Shown piece after piece: positions 27,515-38,528 of a DNA stretch of 64,000 nucleotides; positions within the stretch are counted from its first letter, which is position 1, and each line of letters begins with the position of its first letter. The notes beneath the pieces were generated by a model that did not search any database, had not been told where the DNA came from, and saw nothing but the letters and a program-made list of their open reading frames with translations. Source of the stretch: Phoronis australis (Eukaryota > Animalia > Phoronida); the NCBI GenBank assembly GCA_002633005.1, contig NMRA01000571.1, positions 143,299 through 207,298 on the forward strand, read 5' to 3'. Made by a program: the position numbers and the translations under genes.

Positions 27515-28213
27515 GCACCCAAACTGCTTACATCGTGTCGTGTGACTCCATCGTCACACACTTGGCACCTTCTAAATAGCTCCAACACTTTAGACAAGTC
27601 CACAATAAACTTATCAAAGTTTGGCTCACCGATCTGTTCACTGGACGACGAACTGTCCTCTTCACTGGGTGTCCAACTGGGCCTGTAATCACTCCCACTT
27701 TCTCAATATCGCTGCAGGGCTGCTTAGAGGCTCTGGGCTGGAGAAAACAGAACAGGGCGAATCACTACTGGTTCCAGGAATGGCACGTTCTGGAGTACGT
27801 TCGGAGGCACGGGTGACAGTGGATGAAGTGTCTCCACTGGCTCCAGTCACTGTACTGGCCACACCTCGCGAGGCTTCTCTCTTCAAAAACGCACTTCTCC
27901 GGGGTGGCGACGGGGCACTGCCGGGAATCAACACAGACAGAATGGCATCCTTCTTCAGGCGTTGTTTTGCAGGGACCTTCATCAGTTCAGCGTACAAATC
28001 CCATTCGTAATAGGACGGCAGAAAGTGGATGCCACACACACGGTAATTCTCGACTGCTTTGTACGTTGCGTGGACGGGTAACGCTGCGTTCTTCACGCGA
28101 ACGAGCCAAGTACGGCGAAGTGTGTCATTCATCGGAAAGCGATGCTAAGGTACTCCCAAAGCGCGCGTGAGACGATAATTAGTACATCCCGGTACGCAGC
28201 AACAGTGTGGCAT
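27420..28213 (-). pseudogene. THAP-domain N-terminus of a Kolobok transposase, truncated before the DDE core
   Basis: MPHCCCVPGCTN...*HRFP...W...RVCGIHF...RLKKDAILSV (THAP, in-frame TAG at 28147-28145). After a frame change it reads KFIVDLSKVLELFRRCQVC...WKCVAGHSGKWGS. Confidence 0.8.
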
Positions 28214-29343
28214 GTTGACTGACTAGTAAATGAAAGCAAACGACGACGTAACTTAATACAACCGAGGTAGAACAATGACTGACTCGGCATCTCTAACAGT
28301 CAGACTATATGAAAAGAAATTGGCGCGAAATGCTTGCCTCCTAAAACGTCACTTCCGGAGTAGCGGACGAGTAATTAACAAAATTACGAAAAGCTGTAAT
28401 TAAGTGGAAAATATGTCTAGGATAACCAACCAACCTTATTTTAGCTCAAAATGACATGAAAAAGGTTGCCTTCGCCTTTAAGATTTGTCTTAAATTCGAA
28501 ACTTTGAAACTTCTACATTCGGTAAGTTAGTCAAAATTAAGACAAAACTTGTGTCAAACACTTAAGTCAAACTTAAGATCTTTTTCTTGAATTGGTTTGA
28601 GACAACTTTAACTTTTATTTTAAAATTTACTAGAATCTAAGATTTGTCTTGGCTAAGTCAGTTTTGTTGGAACGGGCCACAGGTCAGGTCCTAACTCTGT
28701 CACTAACTTTGACAGAATGAAGCAATTTACCTATTGTAATGAGACCATTTCAGTCTAAGATTGTTCGTCATCAGAAGCGACTCTTTTCTAAAGATGTGCC
28801 TGGTCGATTTACAATTAATTCTACGATCTTTTTGTTTGCTACTACAATCACGAACGTTTGATTTATACCAATTGCTTTTATGATCTCAACCCTCCCCCTT
28901 GGTCAGGTTAGAGGTGATACCAGGTGATTTGGCAGGTCGCTCAGTTCTTTAACACCAAGCTCAAAGAGTTGGCTTTGAATGGCGGGGTATTTTGGTTATT
29001 TTGTGGGCCGAGCCTGGTCTCAACTGAGTAACGAAGATCCTTAATTGTTTCAAGCAAAAAAATTCTCTCCCATCTACTTAAGAAGCACATTGAGGCCAGT
29101 TTTACAACGACAAGAGACGTGAATGAAAAACAAATTTCTAAGATGAAAAACAACTTTCTAAGATGAAAAACACATCGCCAGCTTTACAACGGCTGTTACA
29201 TAACTCGCCTACAACCCGTCAAAATTTTTAAAATTTCTGATTCAGATCACTTTCCGTAATAAAAGTGGTCTCGACTCATTTCTTACTAAGACGCATTTTC
29301 ACGAAAGACGTCGCTCTAGTCGGTAAGCGACTGGTCTATCACG

Positions 29344-29453
29344 TACATGTCACAGGCGCTTGGGTTTATCGCAAATGAAGTCACTCAAAATTTCTTATAT
29401 ATATTATTGAGTGACGACACTTGCGATAAACCCAAGCGCCTGTTGTACATGTA
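29344..29453. repeat. ~110-nt hairpin (tiny MITE or pre-miRNA-like)
   Basis: ACAGGCGCTTGGGTTTATCGCAA (29352-29374) pairs perfectly with 29421-29443; the stem extends imperfectly in both directions. Confidence 0.8.
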
Positions 29454-30300
29454 TGGCTGTGACGAGGAATGAGATTTTGGAAGAAATGACAGATCAGTAG
29501 TGCTTGAGAACACGCGTGCACAGTGACTTGACTTTGGCGAGCCTGCTGGTCTCGAGCAATGCAGAGGAAATGTCACTTTTTCCAAAGTCTGGGCACAGTC
29601 TCGCATCCGCGTAAAAAAACAAGTTAAAGCAGATTCGTACCGACAAGCAAATCAAAAGTTAAGGTTTTACAGAGTGTGTTTTAGTCTTATCGACGCATTG
29701 AGTAAAAGGTCCGATTTGTGTAACGTAATTCATGTAGTAAGATGAGGAAAATACGAGAAAGTCCTGCACTATGAGCGCACGGTAAACAATGACCCTACAG
29801 TGTGTAGTGTTACATTTCCGTGGTTACGACGATAAACTCGAGGTTAAGCTCCGAAATACAGATGTCGAGAACACCTTGGAGTATTTAGTCTAATAAACCC
29901 TCCAGGAATATGTTTCACGAATGTGTCTTCAGACTTCTGCACACATCATTTCTGAAATAATTCAAGCCAAGCCAATACGTCTATTCCATAACATACATAA
30001 GAAGTACAAAACAGTGAAGCGAATACGTGATAATGTACCACGATATGAACTGGCGGAGGAGGCAGGAAGTAAAACTTACATGTATTTAAATGTCTCCCTT
30101 CTAAGTTCAATAGTTGTTGTAAATTCCGTGTACATACTTTATATCAAAAGGGAAATAAATTTAGCTATACAGAGACAATGTCTGGAGTTTGTAAGTTTAT
30201 AACAAATTCTCCATAATCATTTAAGCGAAAAGGTTGAAGAAGCACACTCAAATGAAGTTTACCACTGACCTAGTCTACATTTCTAAAAACAGTCGAACGT

Positions 30301-32265
30301 TCAATTAACAATGGCACCCTTTGAGAGGTATTCGTAAAGTTTGATATCGCCCGTTTCATTTTCCAATATAGCGACCTCTCCCGGAGCAAATACTACTACT
30401 CCCGAGGGACGACATATTTCTGGGTTAGCGATAGAAAGGCAAGGATCGCCATTGGGGGTTTTCAGGATAACAACGTGTTGGTTTGCATGGTCACACACTA
30501 GGATGTTTCCCCAGAGATCAACATCAATGTCAACAGCGTTTGCAACGTGTTCTCCAAACAGTAATGTTCGAACAATGCCGGATTGTTGAAAGTCAATCAC
30601 GTGGCATCGGTTGTAGCCTTCATCTATGACAACAATTTCGGTGTTATTACGAAAGCAGAGATTTTGCGGCTGGAAAGCGTCAAGCCCCAGAGCTGCCATA
30701 TCAATCACCTTCTTGATATTGAAGTCAAAGTCCATAATCAGAAGACGACCAGCATTGAGGTCAGTGAGAGCCAACTGGTTATTATGACATGCAATGTATC
30801 CCCTTGACTGATAAAGGTTCTGGCTCACCTTTACCACGTGACCCTTTATGTCATACTTCACTACTCCTCGTATGTTACAGTCGGCGACAAAGATGTTGCA
30901 CTTGGCGCATGCCAAATTTGCCATATCTACGATTTGGTGGTCTTCTTGCTGCAGCTCCAATACGAAGCGACATGTGTTTTTATCAAATATCTTCACAGCT
31001 GCACTGTTCTCACAGACGTTGCCCACGATGAACCACTTGCCATTTGCTGCAAAGCCCCAACAATTGTTCCCAGCGATGTCTCCAATGCGTTGTGTATTAT
31101 GAACGCTCAATCTTGCGGCATTGTCGAGTACTGGTCGTGATACGCACTCAGTAAATTTGGACTTGATTTCAAGAGTGTCAAAATTGGTTGCAATACCCAT
31201 TTTCATATCAGAAACGGGTAGCTCCTGTGGATGAAAGGAAATCACTGGTCTGTTGACAAACGTGTCAAGGTCTTGGAAACTCAATTCTTCAAAACGATTT
31301 TTGATGATTGAAAACTGGTGCAATATCTGCACATTCAGGTCGGACCCAAGAACCTTGTCGGCGTACTTTAAAGCACTTGTGATTTTCACGCGCATGAGGT
31401 CTCCGTCGTTGTATGCTTCCTCGACCGGTTTCCGAGCGAGTTGGACTTGTTTCGTCAACTCCATTAGGGCGTTTTCCTGCTCTGATTCCAAGTCACTCAG
31501 AACTTTACTTTTACAAACAGTGAAGATCCGTCGAAGATCAGAGATGGCCTCGCTTTCCAAGTTATCCATGTTGTCGGCGATCTTCTTCCGTTCTTTGCAC
31601 AACAGTTCTGAGTGCTCTGCAGCCTTCTTCCATGGTTCCATCATACTTCTTATGACCTCGCGTGCATTCTTCGTCGCATCTTCTATGTTCTTCATTTTAT
31701 GCTGGTCGTGGTCCAGAGCCTTGCACAGCAAACATACCGGTTTTTCACAATCTTCACAGTATATCTTGATAACCTCGTCCTTGTGTACGTCGCAAAAACT
31801 CGTTTGAGACTGCCAGACTTCCTCGAGGTTACGCCCGCTTCTTAGGTCATCGAGCTTGACAACTTGGTGGCTAGCAGTAGCTTTAAGCTTGCCATGGTAT
31901 TGAGAGCATTCTTGACACAGATGATCTTTACATTGCAGACACGTGGCAACTGCTATGTTTTGAGAACCACCAAGTTTACAAACCTCACAATACACTTCAC
32001 TCTTGTCGGGAAACAACTCACTTACTTCAAACAAAAAAGTATTTCTTCGGATTCCAAGAACGCCGTTTTCAGGCACCTGGTAATCGGTGGCGCAGATTGG
32101 ACAGGGAAACTGCCCGTTCGTTTCCTTTTCGTTCATGTGTTTTCCAATACATTTCTCACAGAAGGAATGTAAACATGGTAAAATTCTGGGACTGGTCATT
32201 CGCTCAAGACAAATTGGACATTCAAGCATTCTACTCAGGTCCTTCATCTTTTCTGTGAACGCCAT
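30301..32265 (-). CDS. TRIM E3 ubiquitin ligase (RING, 2 B-boxes, coiled coil, NHL-like beta-propeller), intact copy 1, 654 aa
   Basis: CPIC..LPCLHSFC..C..CPIC RING; CEVC..CLQCKDHLCQEC..H..H B-box1; CDVH..YCEDCEKPVCLLC..DHDQH B-box2; propeller repeats (IDVDLWGNILVCDHANQHV). Start M at 32265 by comparison with paralogs; 5'UTR intron ~32274-32499. Confidence 0.92.
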   Translation of the reverse strand: MAFTEKMKDLSRMLECPICLERMTSPRILPCLHSFCEKCIGKHMNEKETNGQFPCPICATDYQVPENGVLGIRRNTFLFEVSELFPDKSEVYCEVCKLGGSQNIAVATCLQCKDHLCQECSQYHGKLKATASHQVVKLDDLRSGRNLEEVWQSQTSFCDVHKDEVIKIYCEDCEKPVCLLCKALDHDQHKMKNIEDATKNAREVIRSMMEPWKKAAEHSELLCKERKKIADNMDNLESEAISDLRRIFTVCKSKVLSDLESEQENALMELTKQVQLARKPVEEAYNDGDLMRVKITSALKYADKVLGSDLNVQILHQFSIIKNRFEELSFQDLDTFVNRPVISFHPQELPVSDMKMGIATNFDTLEIKSKFTECVSRPVLDNAARLSVHNTQRIGDIAGNNCWGFAANGKWFIVGNVCENSAAVKIFDKNTCRFVLELQQEDHQIVDMANLACAKCNIFVADCNIRGVVKYDIKGHVVKVSQNLYQSRGYIACHNNQLALTDLNAGRLLIMDFDFNIKKVIDMAALGLDAFQPQNLCFRNNTEIVVIDEGYNRCHVIDFQQSGIVRTLLFGEHVANAVDIDVDLWGNILVCDHANQHVVILKTPNGDPCLSIANPEICRPSGVVVFAPGEVAILENETGDIKLYEYLSKGAIVN

Positions 32266-32759
32266 TTTGTCCCCTGAAACAAAATATTGTATAAAGTACT
32301 TCATATCCATCGCTGCGTTCAGTAGACCTCAAGAAATTAATGTGTATTTGCAGAGAAAATTCCTAGGAATCGGTGAACTCCATCCCGCGCACCGACCAAT
32401 CACTTCAATTGCAGCCAATTTGCTAAAATATGCTACTAAGCTTCCAAGCATACTCACGAAATACTCGCCATTCACTCGCGTCATTTTGCGAGGTCTTACC
32501 TTTCGTGCGCGAAGCTAGCCACGAAGCGCTCTCTTGGAGAGACATTTCCGGTGGAAAATTATACTTTGAGGTTATTTACGTGAAATGGTTTCTGATTCCA
32601 CGTTGAAATTCTGAGAAATTAATCTTACGAAATATAAAAGAGCGTTGTCACTACAACTAGGTCAGTTTGTTTTTACCTGACATTTTCTTTTCGTTCTTCA
32701 TATGTAGGCTACACAATATAATTTTACTGTTTTGTTTATTGTATTATAACGTATTTTTA

Positions 32760-32919
32760 TACCACAATATTAGCCTCGAATGGCAGATAGAACCGTGTAA
32801 TAACCCATAAACTTATCTCACAAGTGAGATAACATTTTGGCGGGACTGAACCGAGGCCGGATTCGAACCCGGGCCTCAAGAGTTTCGAGTCGCCGACTTT
32901 ACCACTACACCCTCGGGGC
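32760..32919 (-). mobile_element. tRNA-derived SINE (head at 32919-32851)
   Basis: GCCCCGAGGGTGTAGTGGTAAAG (A box) and GGTTCGAATCCGG (B box); the anticodon arm does not pair; distal boundary approximate. Confidence 0.6.
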
Positions 32920-34923
32920 TGACGTCCCTCGGGCGATAATTCTCCAAAATTCACTCGGGCTCTAGATAACGGGGGATAACGACTTCGCCATGTAATAATC
33001 TACATTTATTGCATTGTATAATGTACGGAGACACGCTCGATCTTGGAAACAATTATTCACAGTAAAAATGCCTTCCCTCTGACAAATACAAAAAACATGT
33101 AAAAAATAAAGCCTTGTTTTAAGAAGTCTGTTTTGTAAAGTAATGAAGGCTCGTGTGACTCAACCTGTGAAAAGTAATCCGCCAATTTCGGCTTCAAAAA
33201 GCCGCCAACCTAACTACTTTGAGCGCATGCACGCATAGACAATGTTTATAATTATTAAGGAAGTTTTGAAAACTGTATTGGAATGAAAGAGTTTACATTT
33301 CGTCTGTACTTCAAATGTATATTGAATCCGGATTTTTTTCAATAAATTCATGTAATCTTCAAAGTGAATAACTTTCAGGTTAGCATCCCCTCAAGTAATT
33401 TCGCCACGGTCTGTTTAAAAAGTATTTTAAACAAGTTTTCGCATTCCATGTCTCTTTAAAGAAAGCTCTTCGGCTTCGTGTGAACTAAAAACTCTTCTGT
33501 TCACAGATTTTAACGGTGAATGCACATTCTGAGTCAGGCAGAAACAACAAAGATTAGCTTGAAATCCATCACATTCAATTTCTTTAACTGGCCAAGCCTT
33601 AATTCAATTTTTAAACTGCAACATCATGAGGCTTCGGGACGAGGTTGGGAGAGTGGTGCTTTGCTGTTTCACGCACGGCTTATCACTGCGTTCGCTTTGG
33701 TCATATTAGTGTGATTGAAAAAACTACAACATGTAGATAAATACATTGCTGACCCTTTCTCTGTGTGAAGCCAGTGCCGTGAACAACGAAAACAGGTCAT
33801 CTTTCAGGCCTTTCACAGGTCAGAATACTGTTTACAGCGTTTAGTAATACTGTACAGGATTGGGGGCACGTTGTTTTCCAATTCAGTTGACTTGAACCGC
33901 AATATCGATCTTGCATTGTTAGAGAAGTTCGAAGCGGCATTGATGCCGTGAGCACAGGCACACGAATTTCCGAATGACATATGGCCATGTGAGAAACATG
34001 CTTTATTCTGGTGAGTGATGCCAGACACAGAGAGATGACCCCGTTTAAAACATGAGGAAATATTCTTCTCATGATTTGAACAGCTCACTGTCAAGTTCTA
34101 CCTGGACGCATATTAGAGTTCGACAATGTGCTCACTACCTATCGTAATCATCTGTATATGCATGGCTATAGCCCGAGTTCTTCGTGACCATGCATATACC
34201 AGTGATGTTTTAACCTATTGCTTAGCCCAATGAGATAAATAGGCCTATAGCTCATTGGCTTAACCTATCGAAGCCATATTCTACGGCAACTTGAATTAGA
34301 TAGGTCCTCCCCTGTGCGTTGCCCCCTCACAGGTCTGCTCAACTGAGCGCCTCACTTTCGACCCGCACCTGCACTCGTTCGTTTTAGGAATCTAAGGCGA
34401 CCGAATCAAGCCCCAGCGGTCGTTACAGATAACCGGACCAGTGTCATAGCGAAGCGGTTGTTGGGGCAAAGACGAGATGGCTCCGATGTACAGAACGGAG
34501 ATGGGACATCCACAGTCCGTACGATATATAGTACTAGAGTGCATGCCTGGAATATAGATATTGAGGTTTGCGGTCACCAAGTACTGGCGTTCCAGCGCCT
34601 TGTATCCAGGCAAGTCGAAAGCCAGTCTTAATTGTGAACACCGAAAAACATTCACGGGTGTAAAGGAAATATCCTACCTGAATACTCTACCCGGTAATTC
34701 AAAACACCTCAGTCATCAGCTTTTCGTGAAGTGTCTTCAGCGGCGACTATAATTCACACCGCTGCTGTGACCCGTTCCGTCGCTTCTTAGAAAAATGCAG
34801 GCACTGCACTATAGCGCATTGTAGTTCCGTAGATTTAATTCTTAAAAAAATGCGAACAATTGGCGCATCCGGTCGTCGTTTCTTAGAAAAATACACACGG
34901 ATTTAACAATGACTCAGTCATAA

Positions 34924-36724
34924 TAGTCCAGGCCCTTAACCCGAAAACGTTTACACCTCGGATTAAAGCACCAAATTTGGCACACTGGTACTTTTTGACA
35001 TGCTGAATCTCATGGGGGTCGGTTGCCCAAATTTTGAGGTCAAGGTCAAGGTCAAATCTCAAAAAACAAAATGGCCGCCAAGCAATACAATCCATGGTTG
35101 CTTGAGAGATAATAACAGATTTTAAGGCTAGGTAAAGGTACTTTATTAGATAGAAAACTATTAAAATGACATTGTAACATATTTTCCTCATAATTTTAAG
35201 ACACCTCATTTGCATAAATCCAATATGGCCGCCAAACTTTAACTAACTGACTGTAATTTTAACGAAACCATAACGTTGATCTGGTGCAAAACTAATCTTA
35301 CCAAAACAAATAGGTTTTCTTATTGAAAATGAACTGATTTATCACCCATTTTAACAATTAGTATGAAAATTCAGTGTATATTATAATAAAGAGGCCAATA
35401 TATGTATAGAACTTGACAGACTAAGATGAACTCAGAGGTCAGTATTCTGCTACATGTAGTCCCTGTCCACATATTCACAATGTTGTAAACGTATTTTCAA
35501 CTGCTTATAATATCAACACAATAAAACGGATTAATGTCAAATTGCAAGTAGAGCTCAAACAATTCAATTAATTCATTCGTTCCTTTAGTCCATAACAAAC
35601 CATGTTACCGGCATGTTCCCTGGCACTCGCAAAGTGCTGTACATGCTAAAGAATTGCTTTTACATCGACATCTCTTGCCGCAGAGTGGTACGCTTTTGCA
35701 ACCGCACTTAATGAGCTGTTGACAGGCTTTGGAGACTTCTGGCATGTCTGTCCAGTAAGGTGTCCACTGTTGGTCGGTGTCTCTCTGCCATCCAAACCCC
35801 TCTGGACTTGGTTTCCCTTGGATGGGAATCAGACTCTTAAGCCATATTCCAGCTTGATACAAACACCTGTTAACATGTTTTATCAGAGCAGACTGGGTAG
35901 GCGGTAGATTTGGCATGAGCTGAACTTTTCGGGGGAAAAGCTCTCTTCGTAAACCGTTGACTTGGCTGGTTTTGGCTTTACGATCATACAGGAGACATGT
36001 AAATGTCTCAATTGCTTTGAATTCCAGATTGTCGATGGTGAGTTGCTGAAAGGGATTGATTGCGGGGTACGAGAATGCCTGAGTAGCATCAGGATAAGCT
36101 TTCCAAGTCTCCCATGCTGTTTTCTTCCCCTTTCCATAGAACTGGGACGTTGTGTCTGATCCTGTTAAGGCATGGAACATGGGTAGAGCTACACACAAAT
36201 CGCACCCAAGCTCGTCAAAGATACCGTTGATGAAGAATTCCCGTGCGTTCTTTCCAGCTTTAACCACTACCCATAATTGTATTGCTGGTTGCAACGCCTT
36301 AAGCTGATCAAAAACACCAAGAAGAATGACCACAACATCAGTATCCACGGTAGTAACCAGTATTGTTTGATTTCCTTTCATCAAAGCGTCCGCAATGTGC
36401 AAGCACATACGGGTGTCCGCCTCCTCATGATCGCAGGGAGGCATATCAGAAGCAGAGGAAAGAACAGACTGACCGTGGGTAACATATATACATTTTCCTG
36501 GAGGACAGGCGATTGCCGAGATATCTTCAGCCAACAGCATGAACAATTCCTCTTTATTCTTCGAATTTTGCAAAAAATTCTGGAAGTTCAGAGGCAGTCG
36601 CGTTTGGGGTGAAACTTTGGTTCGATCACCTGAACCTCTGGCTGCTCTTGTAGTGGCCTTCAAGCTGTCTTCAGTGTAAGCATCAAACACCATATCAACT
36701 CTCCTGCAGTTGTGAAGGTTAGAA
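34924..36724 (-). mobile_element. Academ (AcademX-type) DNA transposon, 3' end; truncated by the N at 36725
   Basis: Terminus TAGTCCAGGCCC (Academ-type TAG end), subterminal AAAATGGCCGCC/AATATGGCCGCC motifs, and an XPG plus Cys8 ORF. Confidence 0.75.
35605..36724 (-). CDS. C-terminal part of an Academ protein: XPG/FEN1-like nuclease plus Cys-rich (CXC/Cys8) domain
   Basis: RVDMVFDAY..SLK...CDHEEADTRM.LH...TVDTDVVV...FHALTGSDTTS.FYGKGKK...LPPT..AL..H..R..YQA.IW...P...GW...CGCK...CRC...CTALCECQG; no stops. Confidence 0.85.
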
Positions 36725-36725
36725 N

Positions 36726-37208
36726 AATATTGTCCTTTATTGAACCAGGCCTTCATCGTCTCCTGTGACTGGAGTCGAAACACGAGTCCTCAAAGTGGGC
36801 AGAACACAGAGTGGCCCCGGACCGAATCGCTTGGTCCACGATGACGTCCCACACTCTCGTTCGGCGCACGAAGTCATGCCACTTCCGCGCAACTTTGGTG
36901 TCCTTCGGAACACCGAGACGTTTTCCGCCTGGCTGCTGTTGCTGCAGCCTTCGGAAACACATCTTTTGATCCCTCTACGAACCTTCTCGACGCTAAATGT
37001 ACTTTGCATTCTCTTCACTCTATACACTTTGTCTCTGATCCGAACGGTATGGCGAACGACCTGGGTTCAACCCATGACGTTGTACATAATTATTATTTTT
37101 TCAATTTTTTGGGTGTTTCTTTATGAGCTGTGCACTAAAGGCACTGAAATCAAGTAAGATATAATAATAAAATTTATTTTGAAGCACTAGAGTCATGTTG
37201 TGTACACT
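36726..37208 (-). mobile_element. End of a second Kolobok-like element with a frameshifted THAP domain
   Basis: KRCVSEGCSN...(frameshift)...PKDTKVARKWHDFVRRTR...LCSAHFEDSCF THAP signature; the element end reads TTAA|AGTGTAC on the minus strand (TTAA 37209-37212). Confidence 0.6.
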
Positions 37209-38528
37209 TTAAATAAGAGCGTAATGTTCAATCTATTGAATTATAGGATATAATTGGGTGAAGACTTATTGCTTGAGTGCAAGTTATTGCCTTACGGTCT
37301 ACGGAAGTCAACCTCTGCTCGTTAAAATGATAGACGGCAGGGGGCGTGCATTTTCGAAGAAAAAAAGCTAGTTGCTGGCCACAGTGGCAGCTTGTGTCGC
37401 CTACGCGTTGTTAGTTTACTGCTGAAAAACTTATAAGCACTGAATTAAAAATAGTTTATTGAAGGAACTTTATTGTCTTCGTTTGTGCCGCTCCCCATAA
37501 CGGTACAAAACAAAACATTTTTTGGCAGTACAAAATTACGAATCTCATGCATATAACGTCATCCCGGTTTTATCAACCATGAATCGTTATAAACAATTGA
37601 GATTTTGCTTATTATAAGACCACGGTATTACAAAATTTTGGAAATGTTCCCTTTCTCATAGTTTATATTCTGATTTACGTACACTTCAGATTTTTAAAAA
37701 TACACTTATGCATTTGTTATAGTAAAACAAGGACGGTCAATCCTTATAATAGATAGTAATATAATAGAATCCAGTAAATTTCCCCACTATATGAGGACTA
37801 AGAGAAGACGTCAGAAATATAAAAGGATATTCATGTAGTTGTCTAAAGTATACTGGCAATCAGTATTCATGTAGTTCCGTTTAAAAAGTGCCGGTTGTAT
37901 TCCCAAATTACATGTACGGTAGGTCTCCACGTCTTACGCACAAAAATAATCAAGATTTTAGTTTCACTACTTTCGAAGGCTAATTGCCTTGCTGAAAACA
38001 ATAGAAACTCAACTAAGAGTCACTTTGTGACGTCAACATAGTACATTTACAAAGCATGCTAAAAATAGAATGAAGTTTCTTAAGCTTCGCTTTTCAGAAA
38101 AAGTCAAAATGAAGTTTCATAGGCTGGACATATTGTGCCAAATATAAGTAAATAGAGAACTGCCGTAAGTTATTGGTGACTGCACTCTTTCGCGTTACCA
38201 CTTCAGATGGCTCAGAAAAAGTGTAGCTGAGAGCCCACTTATTCATTTAGTATGATTTGGAATTTGTTGTCGTGTTTCTGCCATTTTAAAAACACGCCAT
38301 TCTATGTAAATAATCTCAAGGTACATTTCAGCCAACTGGATATTATCCTTGTTGAGTTTACATAATTGGTACATTGTCGTCGCAGGTTTCGACATATCAA
38401 TCTGATTGGTTCTCGACGATAACTTCGGGTAAACAAACCATTCATACAGTCGTAGACGGTTGTCCCGGCAGATTCGGCTAAATCGGTCATGTGCAGTTTT
38501 AACATTCTAATATGTTTCAGGTGACAAA

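Larger units (their letters stand above)
26785..28477. mobile_element. Internally deleted Kolobok DNA transposon (1693 bp)
   Basis: TTAA at 26781-26784 and 28478-28481; AG...CT termini; ~158-bp near-identical TIRs (26785-26942 and 28320-28477); convergent THAP-transposase and KolX-like ORF fragments. Confidence 0.88.
26736..28679. mobile_element. Harbinger-type MITE (~250 bp) interrupted by a Kolobok insertion
   Basis: Ends GGGCCAGTTCCAAGAAACTGACTTAAG and CTAAGTCAGTTTTGTTGGAACGGGCCA; CAG direct repeats at 26733-26735 and 28680-28682. Confidence 0.7.

Noticed and set aside
32266-32310. N-terminal extension MDMKYFIQYFVSGDK of TRIM copy 1
   Set aside because: It contains a tttcag acceptor also present before the ATG of copy 2, and the paralogs start at MA(L/F). 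It is probably intron or UTR.
32851-32919. tRNA-Ser(CGA) gene
   Set aside because: A and B boxes are present but the anticodon and acceptor stems do not pair properly. It is better explained as a SINE head.
36726-36783. N-terminal MFRLQSQETMKAWFNKGQY of ORF 35605..36783, suggesting a THAP-XPG fusion
   Set aside because: The ORF reads through an N at 36725, and the two sides belong to different elements. The fusion is unsupported.
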